From contig OZ024751.1 in the NCBI GenBank assembly GCA_964016885.1, positions 26,350,001 through 26,414,000 of the forward strand: 64,000 nt of DNA, in the 5' to 3' direction. A program made the translations under genes and the position numbers. Source of the DNA: Eledone cirrhosa. Taxonomy: Eukaryota. How positions within the stretch are numbered: position 1 is the first letter of the stretch; each line of letters begins with the position of its first letter. The notes beneath the pieces were generated by a model, which saw only the letters and a program-made list of their open reading frames with translations, ran no database searches and had not been told where the DNA came from. Of this stretch, positions 50,291 to 63,288 are shown piece after piece.

Positions 50291-51799
50291 TGACAATGAT
50301 GCTGCTGCACCAATCGACGCCCAGTCTGTCTAATGTAGACAGCTCCACAAGGCAGTGGAGTCCTGGACTTGGGCAAGTGTGGCAGCAGATTCAGGAGCTG
50401 GGGAAGGATCCAGGGGAGGATTTGATGTTGAGGGTGGGTGGGCCAGGTGGAAAGATGAAGGAGTTAAAGAGGCAGAGGGCGTGGTTGGTGTTGGATATGT
50501 GGGAGGGGAGCATGGTTACTAGGGGTGCAAGGATGGAGTCAAGATAGGCGGAGATGAGTTTGGTGGGGCAGTTGCACGCAGAGACAATGGGTATCGGGTT
50601 TGTGGATTTTGGGGGGTGCTTGGTGGCAGTGGGGTGTAATTTAAAGATTGATCGTCTGTTAGTTCTAATTTCCTTAGTTGATTTAATATGGTATTCAATA
50701 GGATTCTTGACTTTAAATATTGGGAGATTAAATAATAGATTTTATCGACCCCGGAAAAATTAAAGGCATATTTAGCAATTCATTATCCTTAATAGATTTT
50801 CAGTTCAACACCATAAACTTCATATTTTCTCTGGTGGTGTCAATATAAGTCAATATTTATAGATTGTGAATCTTCTGTCAAAAATACAAATGTTGGTCAG
50901 TGTAAATATTTCATTTCCGGTGAATAGACACACGTGGTTGCTACTGACTTTAGCAGAACCCTAAAAACCCACGTCTATTCAGTCCAGCAGTCGCTATGAA
51001 AATAACTTTTCAGTAGGGAGGGAAGTTTGTTTACATCAGCGATCCCAAACGTGGGCGCCACTCTGACGAGAGCTGTCGAAGGGAGCAGGTTTTCACAAAC
51101 GTTTTAAATCGCAATACTCTTTTTTTTTTTCAAAAGAAATTCGTTGTTAACAAGGTTATTATCAAAGTTTAAGTGTGTGGTTTAGTTTTGTAAATGTACA
51201 ATGGCAAAGTTTTATTTTTTTTTACAGGAAAAATTGCAATAACCAGCAAATAATGATCCTAAAACCAGAATATATATATTTAAAAGAAATTCTCAATTTC
51301 ACTCATGACCTCTACTTTGGGGAGGAATACATGTGGTATAAGGTTCAACAGGGACAAAGAATACAAAACTGTCACCATTAGTTATTCAATAAATGCTTAA
51401 ATAAAAAAATATTATTAAAAAAAAATCATTATTCAAATTAAAATTTCAATGTATAATTGTTAACTCTAAAGAAATATAACCCCTAGAAAGGCGTGGAAAG
51501 TAAACAACGTGTTTGTTTTTTACTTTAATCTACGACAGCAGCTCCCAATCTGTTTTGTGAAATAAGTTCAGTTAAAAAAAGTAGTGTCAAAATATACAAT
51601 CTATTGAGTATTCTTCTATAAATATAAACATTTATTCTCACTAACAATTTCAAGTAGTTTGTTAAAAACTTTATATATACACTATTGATTGATTATAGCA
51701 GGGAGTCCGTGGCAAATTGTCATTTAAATAACAGAAACATTTGGTAGTGAAAACTGAAGTAACCACAGCTCTAGGAGAGCCGTGTTTGTTATAAGGACG

Positions 51800-52125
51800 G
51801 GTCACAGGAGCTGCAACATAGAGGCCTAGCAGACCTCACAACCGTACATACACAGGTCACAGTTGTAACATAGTCCTAGCAGCCATACCTCACAACCGTA
51901 CATACACAGGTCACAGTTGTAACATGCAGTCTCAGCAGCCATACCTCACAACCGTACATACACAGGTCACAGCTGTAACATGGTCCTAGCAGCCATACCT
52001 CACAACCGTACATACACAGGTCACAGCTGTAACATGGTCCTAGCAGCCATACCTCACAACCGTACATACACAGGTCACAGCTGTAACATGGTCCTAGCAG
52101 CCATACCTCACAACCGTACATACAC
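51800..52125. repeat. Minisatellite, about 54 bp x 6
   Basis: ACAGGTCACAGCTGTAACATGGTCCTAGCAGCCATACCTCACAACCGTACATAC. Confidence 0.9.
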
Positions 52126-54642
52126 GTAGAGACACACGGATGGTTAACAACTTCAGCAACTCACTGCTATTTATCGACAGGATGAAAAAAAAGTTCTTAC
52201 TGGGATTTGAATTCATAACTAAATACCGCAATGTTTAGCCCTGTTTCGATAGGACTACGGTCAACACCATTCTATTTATGACCAGCATGTCTTTTCTTTT
52301 CCATAATAGTGAAATGTAATATGAAGATTTGGCTGTTATTTCTAGCAGTTCGAGCGACGATATAGAATAAATATTAAATAAGGGGAGGTAACTCAACAAA
52401 GGGAATTTAGACATTTCTACAAGAGTCCCTACTTTCTAAGACGGAAACATGACACTAAATTGTTGAATTATTTATTCTAAAAAAATGGTCAGACGAGAAA
52501 TCTGTTTTTCTTGAAACGACAACATATTTCATATTAAAAAAAAAAAAAAAGACTAAAAAGAAAGTCAAATGTTAGTCGTGTGTAAGATAATGGTGTTTAG
52601 CTCCAGGTGAAGCAAACAAAGGTGTTCAAGTTGTGATGATACCTTCAGGCATAGTGTATCAAGGACTACATTATCCAATGTCTATTCTTTTTTTAAGACA
52701 GCGAAGTAAGTCTGTAGGGACATTTGACTTATTTTTAGCAAGTTGAGCAACCATAATATATATATATATATATACACACACGTATGCGTGTGTATATATA
52801 TACACGCGTGTGTGCATATATTGTTTCGCTCCGAGTAAGCAGAGCTCTGACCAAAGACATTTCAGTTATGATCACTATAGTTCTTTCTTAGGACTGTGTC
52901 CCTCTTTTTTTTTCAAAACAATTGTATGTATTTTAAGAAAGACACTTCTAACGGTCTTAGAGGTTCCATTGTTAGGTCTACATGGTATTTATCTGACGCT
53001 CTAATCCAGACAAAATATTGAGATCCTGAATGAATGCACAGAAGATGCAGTAAGAGAACTCAAATGGTGAACAACCTGATATTTAGTTGAGTTAACAGCA
53101 AGGTAGCTGGGATCTCCGAAAGCACAGAAAAATAAAATTAAATTCAGGAACTCTTACTTCAGTTGGTAAAACTGAGGGGAATCTGACACCGGGTGAAGAG
53201 CAGATTGTATCAAACTTGCGTAGGAAGTGCGATGTTGCATGGAAGCTGTGCGGAGAGTGTGCGAAAGCTGGGGAAAATAAGAGGCTAGCAAGCTCCGCTG
53301 GATATGTGGTGCGCGTGGATGAGAGAAGTGCCGCACTAGATAAATGGAAGGAATCTGCAGACGAGAAATGGTGAAGGCTAATCTCACGAAACTCTACCAA
53401 GGAAGAAAAAGAAAGGAGCGCGATGAGGCCGGAGATGCTCCTGGCATAAAATAAAACATAAGGAAGGGAGATAACTCAAAGGGAGCGGGGTATTTAGAAA
53501 ATTAGGAAATTCTACAAATTATTCCATAGAATTTCCCTTTTGGACAAACTAAGTACATTGTTCCAAATAATAGAAATAAATAAAATGTAAACAGCATATT
53601 TTAATCGTGTAAGAGTTGTTGTTTAACCCTGGGGCAAAGAGACCCATGATCAAAACCATTCCAGCAACGACTATCCTGTCTTTTTGTAATATTCAGGGTC
53701 TCTTTGGACAGAAAACCTATCAAAACAAACTTTCATTGTTTTAACTATTGTTCTTTATCACATTGTTTCCTTAAGTAGCAAACATTTTCATTACTTCCCA
53801 TTTACTTAAATCTTTCCTTAGAATATGTCTAATGAAATATACTGTCTTTGATTTTTAATTAATTTTGAAAATAAATCAAGAATTTGGAGGGGATTTACTG
53901 ATATAACTAATTTTCTCTTTAAGCTGGTGCTTGGAACATAAAATTATTAGATAGCAAACAACTAGGGGACGGTTTGGTATGGAAAGGGTTAAGTGTGGAA
54001 GATATGTTGAGTCATGGTTGTAATATTCAATAACAAGCATATTTCCTGCCCTATCTTGTATATATAGATCAAAATAGGTGGTAAAACACTTATTTCTACG
54101 ATTAAACATTTTGTTACCAAACTGCCCCTGATTCTATAATACAAAAGTGTTTGTATTTATCTAAAAACCTTCCATCATAATTTAATGTAAAAACCTTTAA
54201 GTTTTATGTCAATCACCAACTTCATAAAGAGAAAGTTAGTTATATTATTAAAGTACTGCAAATTCTTGATTATTTTCTGCATTTATTTGAAAAACACAAA
54301 ATGTCTTTCATTTGAAATATTGTCACGAAACTTTATTCAATCGTGAATAATATAATCTAAATATGTTATTTGTATACTTTCATTGTTTTCTTCGGTAGTA
54401 TTAAAGTAGGACTTAATTCTTCCTAAAATAAAAATAAAAACAATAGTGATTTAATTGCTATTTCTAGAATCCCAGTAGATATTTCCTTGTTAGATCTACG
54501 TTTACTGCTTTCCAAACTGGACTCTACAAATGTTGTATTGGCGAGTCATGAACCAAGTTCAACATTTTAATTACTTTAAAAACATAACATGCACATACTG
54601 TTGGATATCCATTCTTCTCCGAGTACAACCACCTCTCCTCTT

Positions 54643-54714
<72 letters not shown>

Positions 54715-54940
54715 TATTAGAGGTGCAAGTTAACTGCGCCTGCAGGCGGTATGCCAAGATGAGCACACGATGCTCATGGGGAACCTAGTATCTCTGTAGA
54801 TACACTCATAGTAAAACCTCAACTAAACGACTGTGTCCGTTCAAATCGAAGGCAAACTAGGGGATAATTGTTTTTAACGTAAAAAAAAAAAAAAATCTAT
54901 ATTTCAATGTACATAAGTATACAATATAATATTCAATTAT

Positions 54941-55482
54941 GGCATAGGTAAAATATAACGTTCGAGAAAGTGAAACTAATTTTTATGACAAGTGAATGTG
55001 TTTGTTTTTTAGTATTGCGTGTGTGATTATTTTTCTTTTTCTTTTTTTTGTGTATTGTGTGTACGGAAAATTAGACGTACCTTATCAACATCCTTATTAG
55101 ACCGTATACATAGCTGAAATACAGTTGATCATCTCGCCAACCTAATGTGCACACACAACTCATAGAGAACACTTGGAGCCGTGCGAAGAAAAAGCTCCGT
55201 CGACAACATGGGACAAGCGACGATTTATTCCCCTCGTATTTAGCTGAATTTCTTTGGCGGCAGAGAGTTGGTGCCAACACATTTGGCGAGATGATCAACT
55301 GTGTTTCAGCTATTTATACGGTCTAATAAGGATGTTGATAAGGTACGTCTAATTTTCCGTACACACAATACACAAAAAAATAAAAAGAAAAAATAATCAC
55401 ACACGCAATACTAAAAAACAAACACATTCACTTGTCATAAAAATTAGTTTCACTTTCTCGAACGTTATATTTTACCTATGCC
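54941..55482 (+). mobile_element. Merlin (IS1016/IS1595-like) non-autonomous fold-back element with transposase C-terminal fragment
   Basis: Inverted arms of 200 bp (54941-55140, 55283-55482) starting GGCAT; 9-bp TSD TTCAATTAT; 55141-55326 translates PNVHTQLIENTWSRAKKKLRRQHGTSDDLFPSYLAEFLWRQR...IYTV*. Confidence 0.88.
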
Positions 55483-55802
55483 TTCAATTATAATAAAGAA
55501 TCTGAACATTTTACTTCCCTTTTGACAGCATGTTGAAGACTATATATCAATATTTTACGTTGACCGGAGTTACAGGACACTATTATTTGGATTGGCAGTA
55601 TCGGTAGAGGATCGGACACCATGCTTTGACGCATAGAGTTACGGCCCTTTATGATCTGAGTGCAAATTCCGCCGAGGTTAACTTTGCCTTTCATCCTTAC
55701 GTGGGTCGATAAAATAAAGTACTAGTAATGCACTGGGTAATTGCTGGCCTTGTGCCAAACGTAGAAACAATTATTTAGTCGCTTAAATCGAGCGTTTATT
55801 GC

Positions 55803-55838
<36 letters not shown>

Positions 55839-57923
55839 GAGCACGCAGTGGATCTGGTAATGACCAGGTGTAGTGCGACAAAAATGTCGACAACAGAAAT
55901 GTTAAGTGAAGTCAACTTAAAAGTTTTTGAATGGCTGGGAAAAACGGCCGTTAAAAAATTATATAAATATACATATACACAACATTTACAGTATATACAC
56001 ACATATATTTACAGTTTATGCCTACATATATATATATATATATATATACCAGATTTACAGTATATACATATACACATATATTTACAGTTTATGCCTGCAT
56101 ATATATATATACATATATACATACACCACATTTACAGTATCTAAACACATCCTCCCCGCCTGTACGACACCCAAAGGTCTCATATTGGTGGGAAGTTTAG
56201 TTAAACTGCCTAAACATGACACGAGTGAAATATTTGGGGGAACTTTTTAAAAAAAAAAAGCATTAAATTAGGAAGAGGAGATAAAACAATTTTATAAGAA
56301 ATGTAATTTTTCCAACATTTTTTATTATAAGAAAAAAAAAAAAAAAATCTGCAGGGGAAATGAAAAAAAAATGAAAATAAAATAGAAAAAGGTTTGTGAA
56401 ACAGTAAAATTGTATCCACTATAAATATGAGAACTAAAATATCACCTAAGTTCGATCCTACAATCATTTCACACCCTCTCCCGTCCCTCCTGGTAACCCG
56501 GGAATTAAGGGTCAACAATTATTAATATGGCTTCTACTTTAGGCAACCAAACCTAGTAATCTGAAGCAGAGGTGGGGACTTGACTATTATTTTATTTTAT
56601 CAACCTCGGTAACTGGATTCGAAATTAGAATGTTATAGAGCCGGTAGAAATAGTCAGAAATACGACACTTTAACCATTCTGCCTTTGTTTTGTTTCAGTA
56701 AAGAAGACAACACTATGTGGAGGGGGCTAGCTTACATGAACAGTTAAGTAGGGTGTCTTGGTTAGCTGTGACTGCTATTTGAACTCTAGAGAATAATAGA
56801 CCATCACACGTCCCACAACATGCCGACAGTCACATCTGTAGACATGAGAAAGCTTTCAAAGTAACGACATTCATTTCAGTTATATTTTGTGTATATATAT
56901 ATATATAATCATCATCATCATATATATATACACACACACAGTGTGGAGTTAGGAGAGACTGCGTAAATGTGTATATAAATATACACACTGAACATGTAAG
57001 CATGCAAGTCCACCTATTTCCTTGCACAGAAAAAATGCGACATTTCGAATTAATTTTCAATTTGTTTTGTTTGTCACCCAAAGCTATATGAGCTAAACAA
57101 TAAGTAAATAGGTAACTACAGAATATATTATAGTAGGGTAACTACAGAATATATATCTCCTATCACATATAGTAGTAACAGTGAAATACTATAGAAATTT
57201 CTAGTTAACTCACTATGTTCCAGTTTAGGACATGGCAGATAATTTACCAAACTATAAAAATAATTCAAAAATAAATTGCAGGAAATTTAACTGTTAAATA
57301 CTACATCAATATTATTGTTAATAGTTAGGCTACCTAATTCTTGTTTAGACCCCTCTTCCCAGGCGTGGCCATCCCGGTTTTTTTTTTTTACAAACAGGTC
57401 GACTGAGGACTACATTACCCAGTGTCCTCTTTAAGGTGGTAGGGTGTGATTTGACTGTTATTTCTAGCATGATGTGTCGAACGTAGGATTAAAAAATAAT
57501 GAAACCAGGAATTTTTTTTTCTCGTTAGTATTTTAAAAAGAAACGTGTAACATGGAAAGAAGAATTTTACGTGTTTTTTTGTTTTGTTGAGACAAGAAAA
57601 TAAGGGACCCAGACATGAAAGAACTTATAAAACCAATTGACCAAAATAAAGAGAAAGGGTTGGTAAAGGCTAGAGGAGATGTTAACCAATGTTAAAGTAA
57701 TAAAACTGTAGAAAAATACAGAGAAATTGGTAGAATGTACTTTGTATGGAATTGAAAGTGAGATGGCTTTTGTGTGAGAAAGGCAAAAGCAAGGTGGACA
57801 GGTTGGAGAGACAGAGAGAGAGAGGGTCTATGAGCAACTGTAGCGAATGTACAACTTTAGAGTTCGTGGGTCCATTCTAACACTGAGTGGAGCTTTCTTC
57901 TTCTTCTCAGGAATTAAACTGTT

Positions 57924-57994
<71 letters not shown>

Positions 57995-58146
57995 ATATTG
58001 ACAGTTTCAGTGGATTTAAATGTCTGCGACAGAACTATACAGTTTGCTCACTTGCAGGAAATAATCAAGTAGTATTACATCTGAAAAGGCAACTGCAAGC
58101 TAAATTGTGGAGGATTAAACATGCACGCTGCTCGATCATATAGTCT

Positions 58147-59280
58147 TTAGAAAGTGCCACCCTGCGGAGGATTGGGGGCACCGAATTTAGCAGCAAGCTT
58201 GTTGATCACTTTCTGAACTTTCGGGTTGTTTTGATATTTACCTATATTGGCTGGATTGGAACTGACGTCTTGGAATGCTGCAGCTATTTCTGGATCTTGA
58301 AGGGCTGAACAGATATCAGGGTCACTGAGTAACTGAGAGATATCGATGCCACCTGGACCACTTCCCGGACCACCAGCTCCTGGGAAACCAGGGAAACCTC
58401 CAGGCATGCCGAAACCAGGACTTCCAGTCGAAGCACCAGTCCCGCTTGATGCTGACTGACCTTTAGCTTTTTCGTACTCCTCCCTCGCTTTACGAATCCT
58501 TTCTTTCCTCTCTTGCATCTCTTTCATCTCGTGTTTACGTTCATACTTACGGCGATGTTCTTGGATCTTCTTGGCGTTCGGGGTGACATCTTGCAACATT
58601 TTGTACGCATCGTCGTCGTAATCAAGTTTACAAGCAGTGGAGAGATCTTGGTAAGCCTGTTCCCAGTTACCCAGCAGAGTGTGGGCCTTACCCCGCCATT
58701 TGTAAGGTTGTGCTGAATCTGGGTTTAATAGAATCGCTTTCTCACAGTCTTTGATTGCAGCGTTGGGTTTTGACATTTTAATAAAGACCGAAGCCCTCTT
58801 AGCATACTGGTTAGCTGATGCTGGGTTGTTTTGAATAGCAATGGTAAGTAATTCAATAGCTTTCTCGTATTCTCCGTTAGCCATAGCATCTAAAGCTTCA
58901 TTGCGTTTGTCGTTAGCTAGTTCTCTCATTTCGTCTGTAATCTCCAGAGATTCATCACCAAACTTTTGGTCAAATTCATCATCAGGTTCTACCACACCAG
59001 TATTGTCCAGTTCAACTTCACTCTCATCACTTTCTTCAGCCAACTTCTCTTCGGTTGATTCTTTTTCTTCTCCCATCTTTTCCTCTTCTTCTGTAGATGG
59101 GGGAGATTCTTTGGGAGTCTCTGTAGCAGGTTCGGCTGTCTTAGCAGGGATATTCCCTCCCATTTCTTCAATCCAGCGACGGAAAAACTCCAAACTAGGC
59201 AAATATAAGAGGTTAGGGTTAATTTTACACGCTTCTACAAAAGAACGCAATTGTTTGAGATGTTCAGCAGACAATTCCAT
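58147..59280 (-). CDS. ST13: Hsc70-interacting protein (Hip), single-exon ORF, 377 aa
   Basis: ATG at 59280. N-terminal dimerisation domain ([12 protein letters not shown]...[11 protein letters not shown]), acidic linker, TPR repeats (KPNAAIKDC...[15 protein letters not shown]), charged coil, Gly/Pro-rich stretch, C-terminal STI1/DP domain ([29 protein letters not shown]). Confidence 0.97.
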   Translation of the reverse strand: MELSAEHLKQLRSFVEACKINPNLLYLPSLEFFRRWIEEMGGNIPAKTAEPATETPKESPPSTEEEEKMGEEKESTEEKLAEESDESEVELDNTGVVEPDDEFDQKFGDESLEITDEMRELANDKRNEALDAMANGEYEKAIELLTIAIQNNPASANQYAKRASVFIKMSKPNAAIKDCEKAILLNPDSAQPYKWRGKAHTLLGNWEQAYQDLSTACKLDYDDDAYKMLQDVTPNAKKIQEHRRKYERKHEMKEMQERKERIRKAREEYEKAKGQSASSGTGASTGSPGFGMPGGFPGFPGAGGPGSGPGGIDISQLLSDPDICSALQDPEIAAAFQDVSSNPANIGKYQNNPKVQKVINKLAAKFGAPNPPQGGTF

Positions 59281-59739
59281 GTTGAAATAAATTATTCTCA
59301 AGTAGAAATGTGGTGCGAAGGATGAGGAATTTGAGAAAACAAGTCAGAGTCGATCTGACTGCACACCTGGATCGAGGCTAAATAACAGCATGGTTATCAC
59401 AGCTGAACTCTGGGTAGATAATTACAACTTTTTTTACGTTAATCATACAGAATTACACGAATTACCTATCATATTATTAATTTAATAGTTTCTTTTACAA
59501 ATATAAATATAAATTATGAAAGTTATCCGCAACTTAAGACTTATAATTTAAAATTTGTAATTTGATTAAGCGAATGAATGCGTAAAATATTGCAGTTTGG
59601 TTCGAGGCTACTAGCGGATAAATTCCCCATTAAAAAATGTTCCGTCTTTTTGTTAACATAGGTTAATGTTTGAAATGTTATTGCTTGTTATATAGATTAA
59701 TATAGCTTAATTGCCGACACTATATATATAATATATATG

Positions 59740-59786
<47 letters not shown>

Positions 59787-62520
59787 ATCATATAGAAACA
59801 AATCACGCACGTTTAATGTAATGTGAAATAATTCTATACTTTACTGTTTATGATGTGGTGATGATATTATGACGATTATTATGATAGTTTCCTATATCAA
59901 TACATCGTCACAAATTTATAAACGAAAATAGGAATTTGTGGCAGTCATGCTTTTCCCACTTGACAATCAGAGATGTGGTTTTTGAAAACAACTCTTCAAG
60001 TTTTGCATGTGGTTAGAATGTCTCAGGAAACAATCGCTGAACAGATTTTACGGGTAAAACCAACCAACAGGAGTAGACCCTGAGCAAGGTGGTTGGATAA
60101 CATCCATAAGCTTGGCTGGTCTCGCTTGGGTATCCAACCAAATCAGTTGGAGACGACTGTTCCTGACAGGACCTGCTGGAAGTAGTGTTTGAGGACTCTG
60201 CCCACACGACCCTCTCAAGAATAAATGGGCGAAGAAGAACTCTTCAAGAAACCGATAAACCTCAAGATATATTAATATGTTGAAGAGTGTGAAGGTTTAA
60301 TGGTTAAAATGTTCGGTTCACGATCGCGAGGGTGGAGTTCGATTCCCGGCTGTTTGTTGTATTTTCCAGCAAGATATTTTATTTCACATGGTCCAATTGT
60401 CTCACCTGACAAACAAATGAGCTGTACCTGTAATTTGAAGGGACCAGTGAATCTCCTTGAGAATGCCACCACCACCATAGTAGTTAAGAATTTGCAGTGA
60501 ATTGTTTTTATATATGTGTGAAGATATGTTTCTATAGAAACAATACAGGGTTTGAGAGGACCCTTCTGCCTGGACAACCATGTGACAATCCCTCATATAC
60601 TGGACTCATGATGAGGTGCACCCTGTACACCCTGTAAACTATTAGTGGAGGTGCCTTGAAAAAACGAACTTAGTACACTCTGTAAACTATTAGTGGAGGT
60701 GCCTAAAACAACAACAAAACAACTAGTACAGCTTGTAAGGTGATTGGTGTTAAGAAGGTCATCTAGCTGTAGAAACCATGTCATATATGGAATGTCTGAG
60801 CAAGTTGAGGTGGTCTGACCTGTCTGGTCTTGATCCATGTCAACCTGTCCAACCCATGCCAAAATGGAAGGCAAATTTTAACTGATGATGTTGATACCCT
60901 TTTTATGGTATTTAAATAAAATGAGACCTTTTCTTCTCTGACTTTATTCCTGAATTTTCGTGATACCCGTAAAGAAGTGAAAGTGTGTGATCTAGTATTT
61001 AGGGTGTTGAACTTATGATCATAATGTTATGGGTTTGATCCTTGGACAGGGCGGTGTGTTGTGCTCTCGAGCAAAACACACTTCATTCTCAGCTGAAAAA
61101 GTATAACAGCAGTAGCTAGGAGTTAACCCTGCAATGAACTAGTATCCTGTCCAGGGGAAAGTATTGTACTCTCTGTTGCTCAATGCTGAAGAAACCAGGA
61201 AAAACACCAGCCTGATGAGCCTCCGAGTTTTGAACAGACTGTAATGAGGTGGTAAATTACTAGTGAACTGTATTAATGATTATCTTAGATTTACAGTTGT
61301 CAGTTCAAATTCCAGATCTTGTAGCATATTATGCCCTTGAACAAGGCACTTCATCTAATGTTACCCTAGTTTGCACAGCTAAAGAAAAATTGATATCGGC
61401 AGGAGTAACTGGATGTTAATGTTTTAATGGACCATAACAGCACATGAAACCAGCATAAACTCTTGCAGTCTGATGTCTTTTGGTTTCAGAAAGACTTTAA
61501 CCCTTTCGGAACCATATTTCTAACAAAAATACACTCTATTTTCAATTAATTAATGGATTTACAAAAATGAATTATTTCATTACTAGGATAGTAACTTAAC
61601 ACATGGTTTTTTTATATAAAATTATCATCATCATCATTTTTTTTTATGTCCGTTTTTCCAGATTTGCATGGGTTATTTTAACACTTTTGATAACACCCCT
61701 TCCCCCTGGTTCTATGATACAAAACTGTCTGTTTTAAAGTATTTATCTTTTTCTAAAACCTTCCATCATCCTTTTATATAAGAACCTTTTGTTTTGTTCC
61801 AAACACCAGCTTAATGAGAAAGTTAGTTACCTTACAAAATCCCACCAAATTCTTGCTTATTTTCAACATTATTTGAAAATCATAGGCAGTTATTTTGTAA
61901 GTTGATTTAAATAGAAACACTTTAAAATGTTGGAGGCGATGTTTCATAGAACCAGAGCCAGTTTTGGTCAGGCTGGTATTAAAAGAGTTAAAGACTCTTT
62001 TTACCAGTTCAGTTGAGTCACTTCACTTACCTTTATCTATCTTACCTGACCAAAGCCAATAACCTGAATGCTGAATTAGTTTTGTCACATGTCACCATTC
62101 CATAAAAACCAAGCCCATAAGGATTTTGATAATTATCAAAATCCTTATGGGCTTCATATTTAACTCATTTAATGCCATCTATTTTAAAGAACCCTATTTA
62201 AATTAATATCTTCCAAAATAATTGTTTCTACTTTTGGCACAAGGCCAGCAATTACCCAGTGCATTACTGGTACTTTATTTTATCGAGCCCGTAAGGATGT
62301 AAGGCAATGTTAACCTCGGCGGGATTTGAACTCAGAATGGCAAGGGCCGTAACTCTATACGTCAAAGCATGGTGTCCGACCCTCTACCGATACTACCAAT
62401 CCACTGCCCTTTATATATCTTCCAAAATAATGTAAGAGCCTTTTATTAAAAGTCTAAAATCTATTTCAGCCCCCGAGGCTCGTTATGCCAGTGCTTATCC
62501 CAATTTCTTTGGCATTAAGC

Positions 62521-63288
62521 TGAGAGTACACGACTCCCTTCTGGACAGGGTGCCTCACTGTTGAAGGGTTAAACCCCCAACAACTGAGAGTACACAACTC
62601 CCTTCTGGACAGGGTGCCTCACTGTTGAAGGGTTAAACCCCCAGCAACTGAGAGTACACGACTCCCTTCTGGACAGGGTGCCTCACTGTTGAAGGGTTAA
62701 ACCCCCAACAACTGAGAGTACACGACTCCCTTCTGGACAGGGTGCCTCACTGTTGAAGGGTTAAACCCCCAACAACTGAGAGTACACGACTCCCTTCTGG
62801 ACAGGGTGCCTCACTGTTGAAGGGTTAAACCCCCAACAACTGAGAGTACACAACTCCCTTCTGGACAGGGTGCCTCACTGTTGAAGGGTTAAACCCCCAG
62901 CAACTGAGAGTACACGACTCCCTTCTGGACAGGGTGCCTCACTGTTGAAGGGTTAAACCCCCAACAACTGAGAGTACACGACTCCCTTCTGGACAGGGTG
63001 CCTCACTGTTGAAGGGTTAAACCCCCAGCAACTGAGAGTACACGACTCCCTTCTGGACAGGGTGCCTCACTGTTGAAGGGTTAAACCCCCAACAACTGAG
63101 AGTACACGACTCCCTTCTGGACAGGGTGCCTCACTGTTGAAGGGTTAAACCCCCAGCAACTGAGAGTACACGACTCCCTTCTGGACAGGGTGCCTCACTG
63201 TTGAAGGGTTAAACCCCCAGCAACTGAGAGTACACGACTCCCTTCTGGACAGGGTGCCTCACTGTTGAAGGGTTAAACCCCCAACAAC
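62521..63288. repeat. Minisatellite, 64 bp x 12, inside a minus-strand SINE
   Basis: TGAGAGTACACGACTCCCTTCTGGACAGGGTGCCTCACTGTTGAAGGGTTAAACCCCCARCAAC; single-copy homologues in opposite orientation at about 61090-61200 and 44200-44320. Confidence 0.95.

Noticed and set aside
51876-52121. Cys-rich repeat protein (MYGCEVWLLGPCYSCDLC)n
   Set aside because: Translation of a 54-bp minisatellite, possibly from a LINE YGCExW segment; no gene context.
58841-59290. 149-aa plus-strand ORF (also 28562..29002 and 37401..37694)
   Set aside because: Antisense shadows of ST13, TAF11 and SAP30BP exons.
59281-59301. ST13 N-terminal extension in the ORF track (MRIIYFN)
   Set aside because: Starts at TTG; Hip homology begins at the ATG at 59280.
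61205-61245. CTGATGAG...GAA as a hammerhead
   Set aside because: SINE 3' tail with no GAAA, stem III or stem I partner. CTGANGA hits near 6954, 18332 (minus), 29161 and 51063 fail for the same reason.
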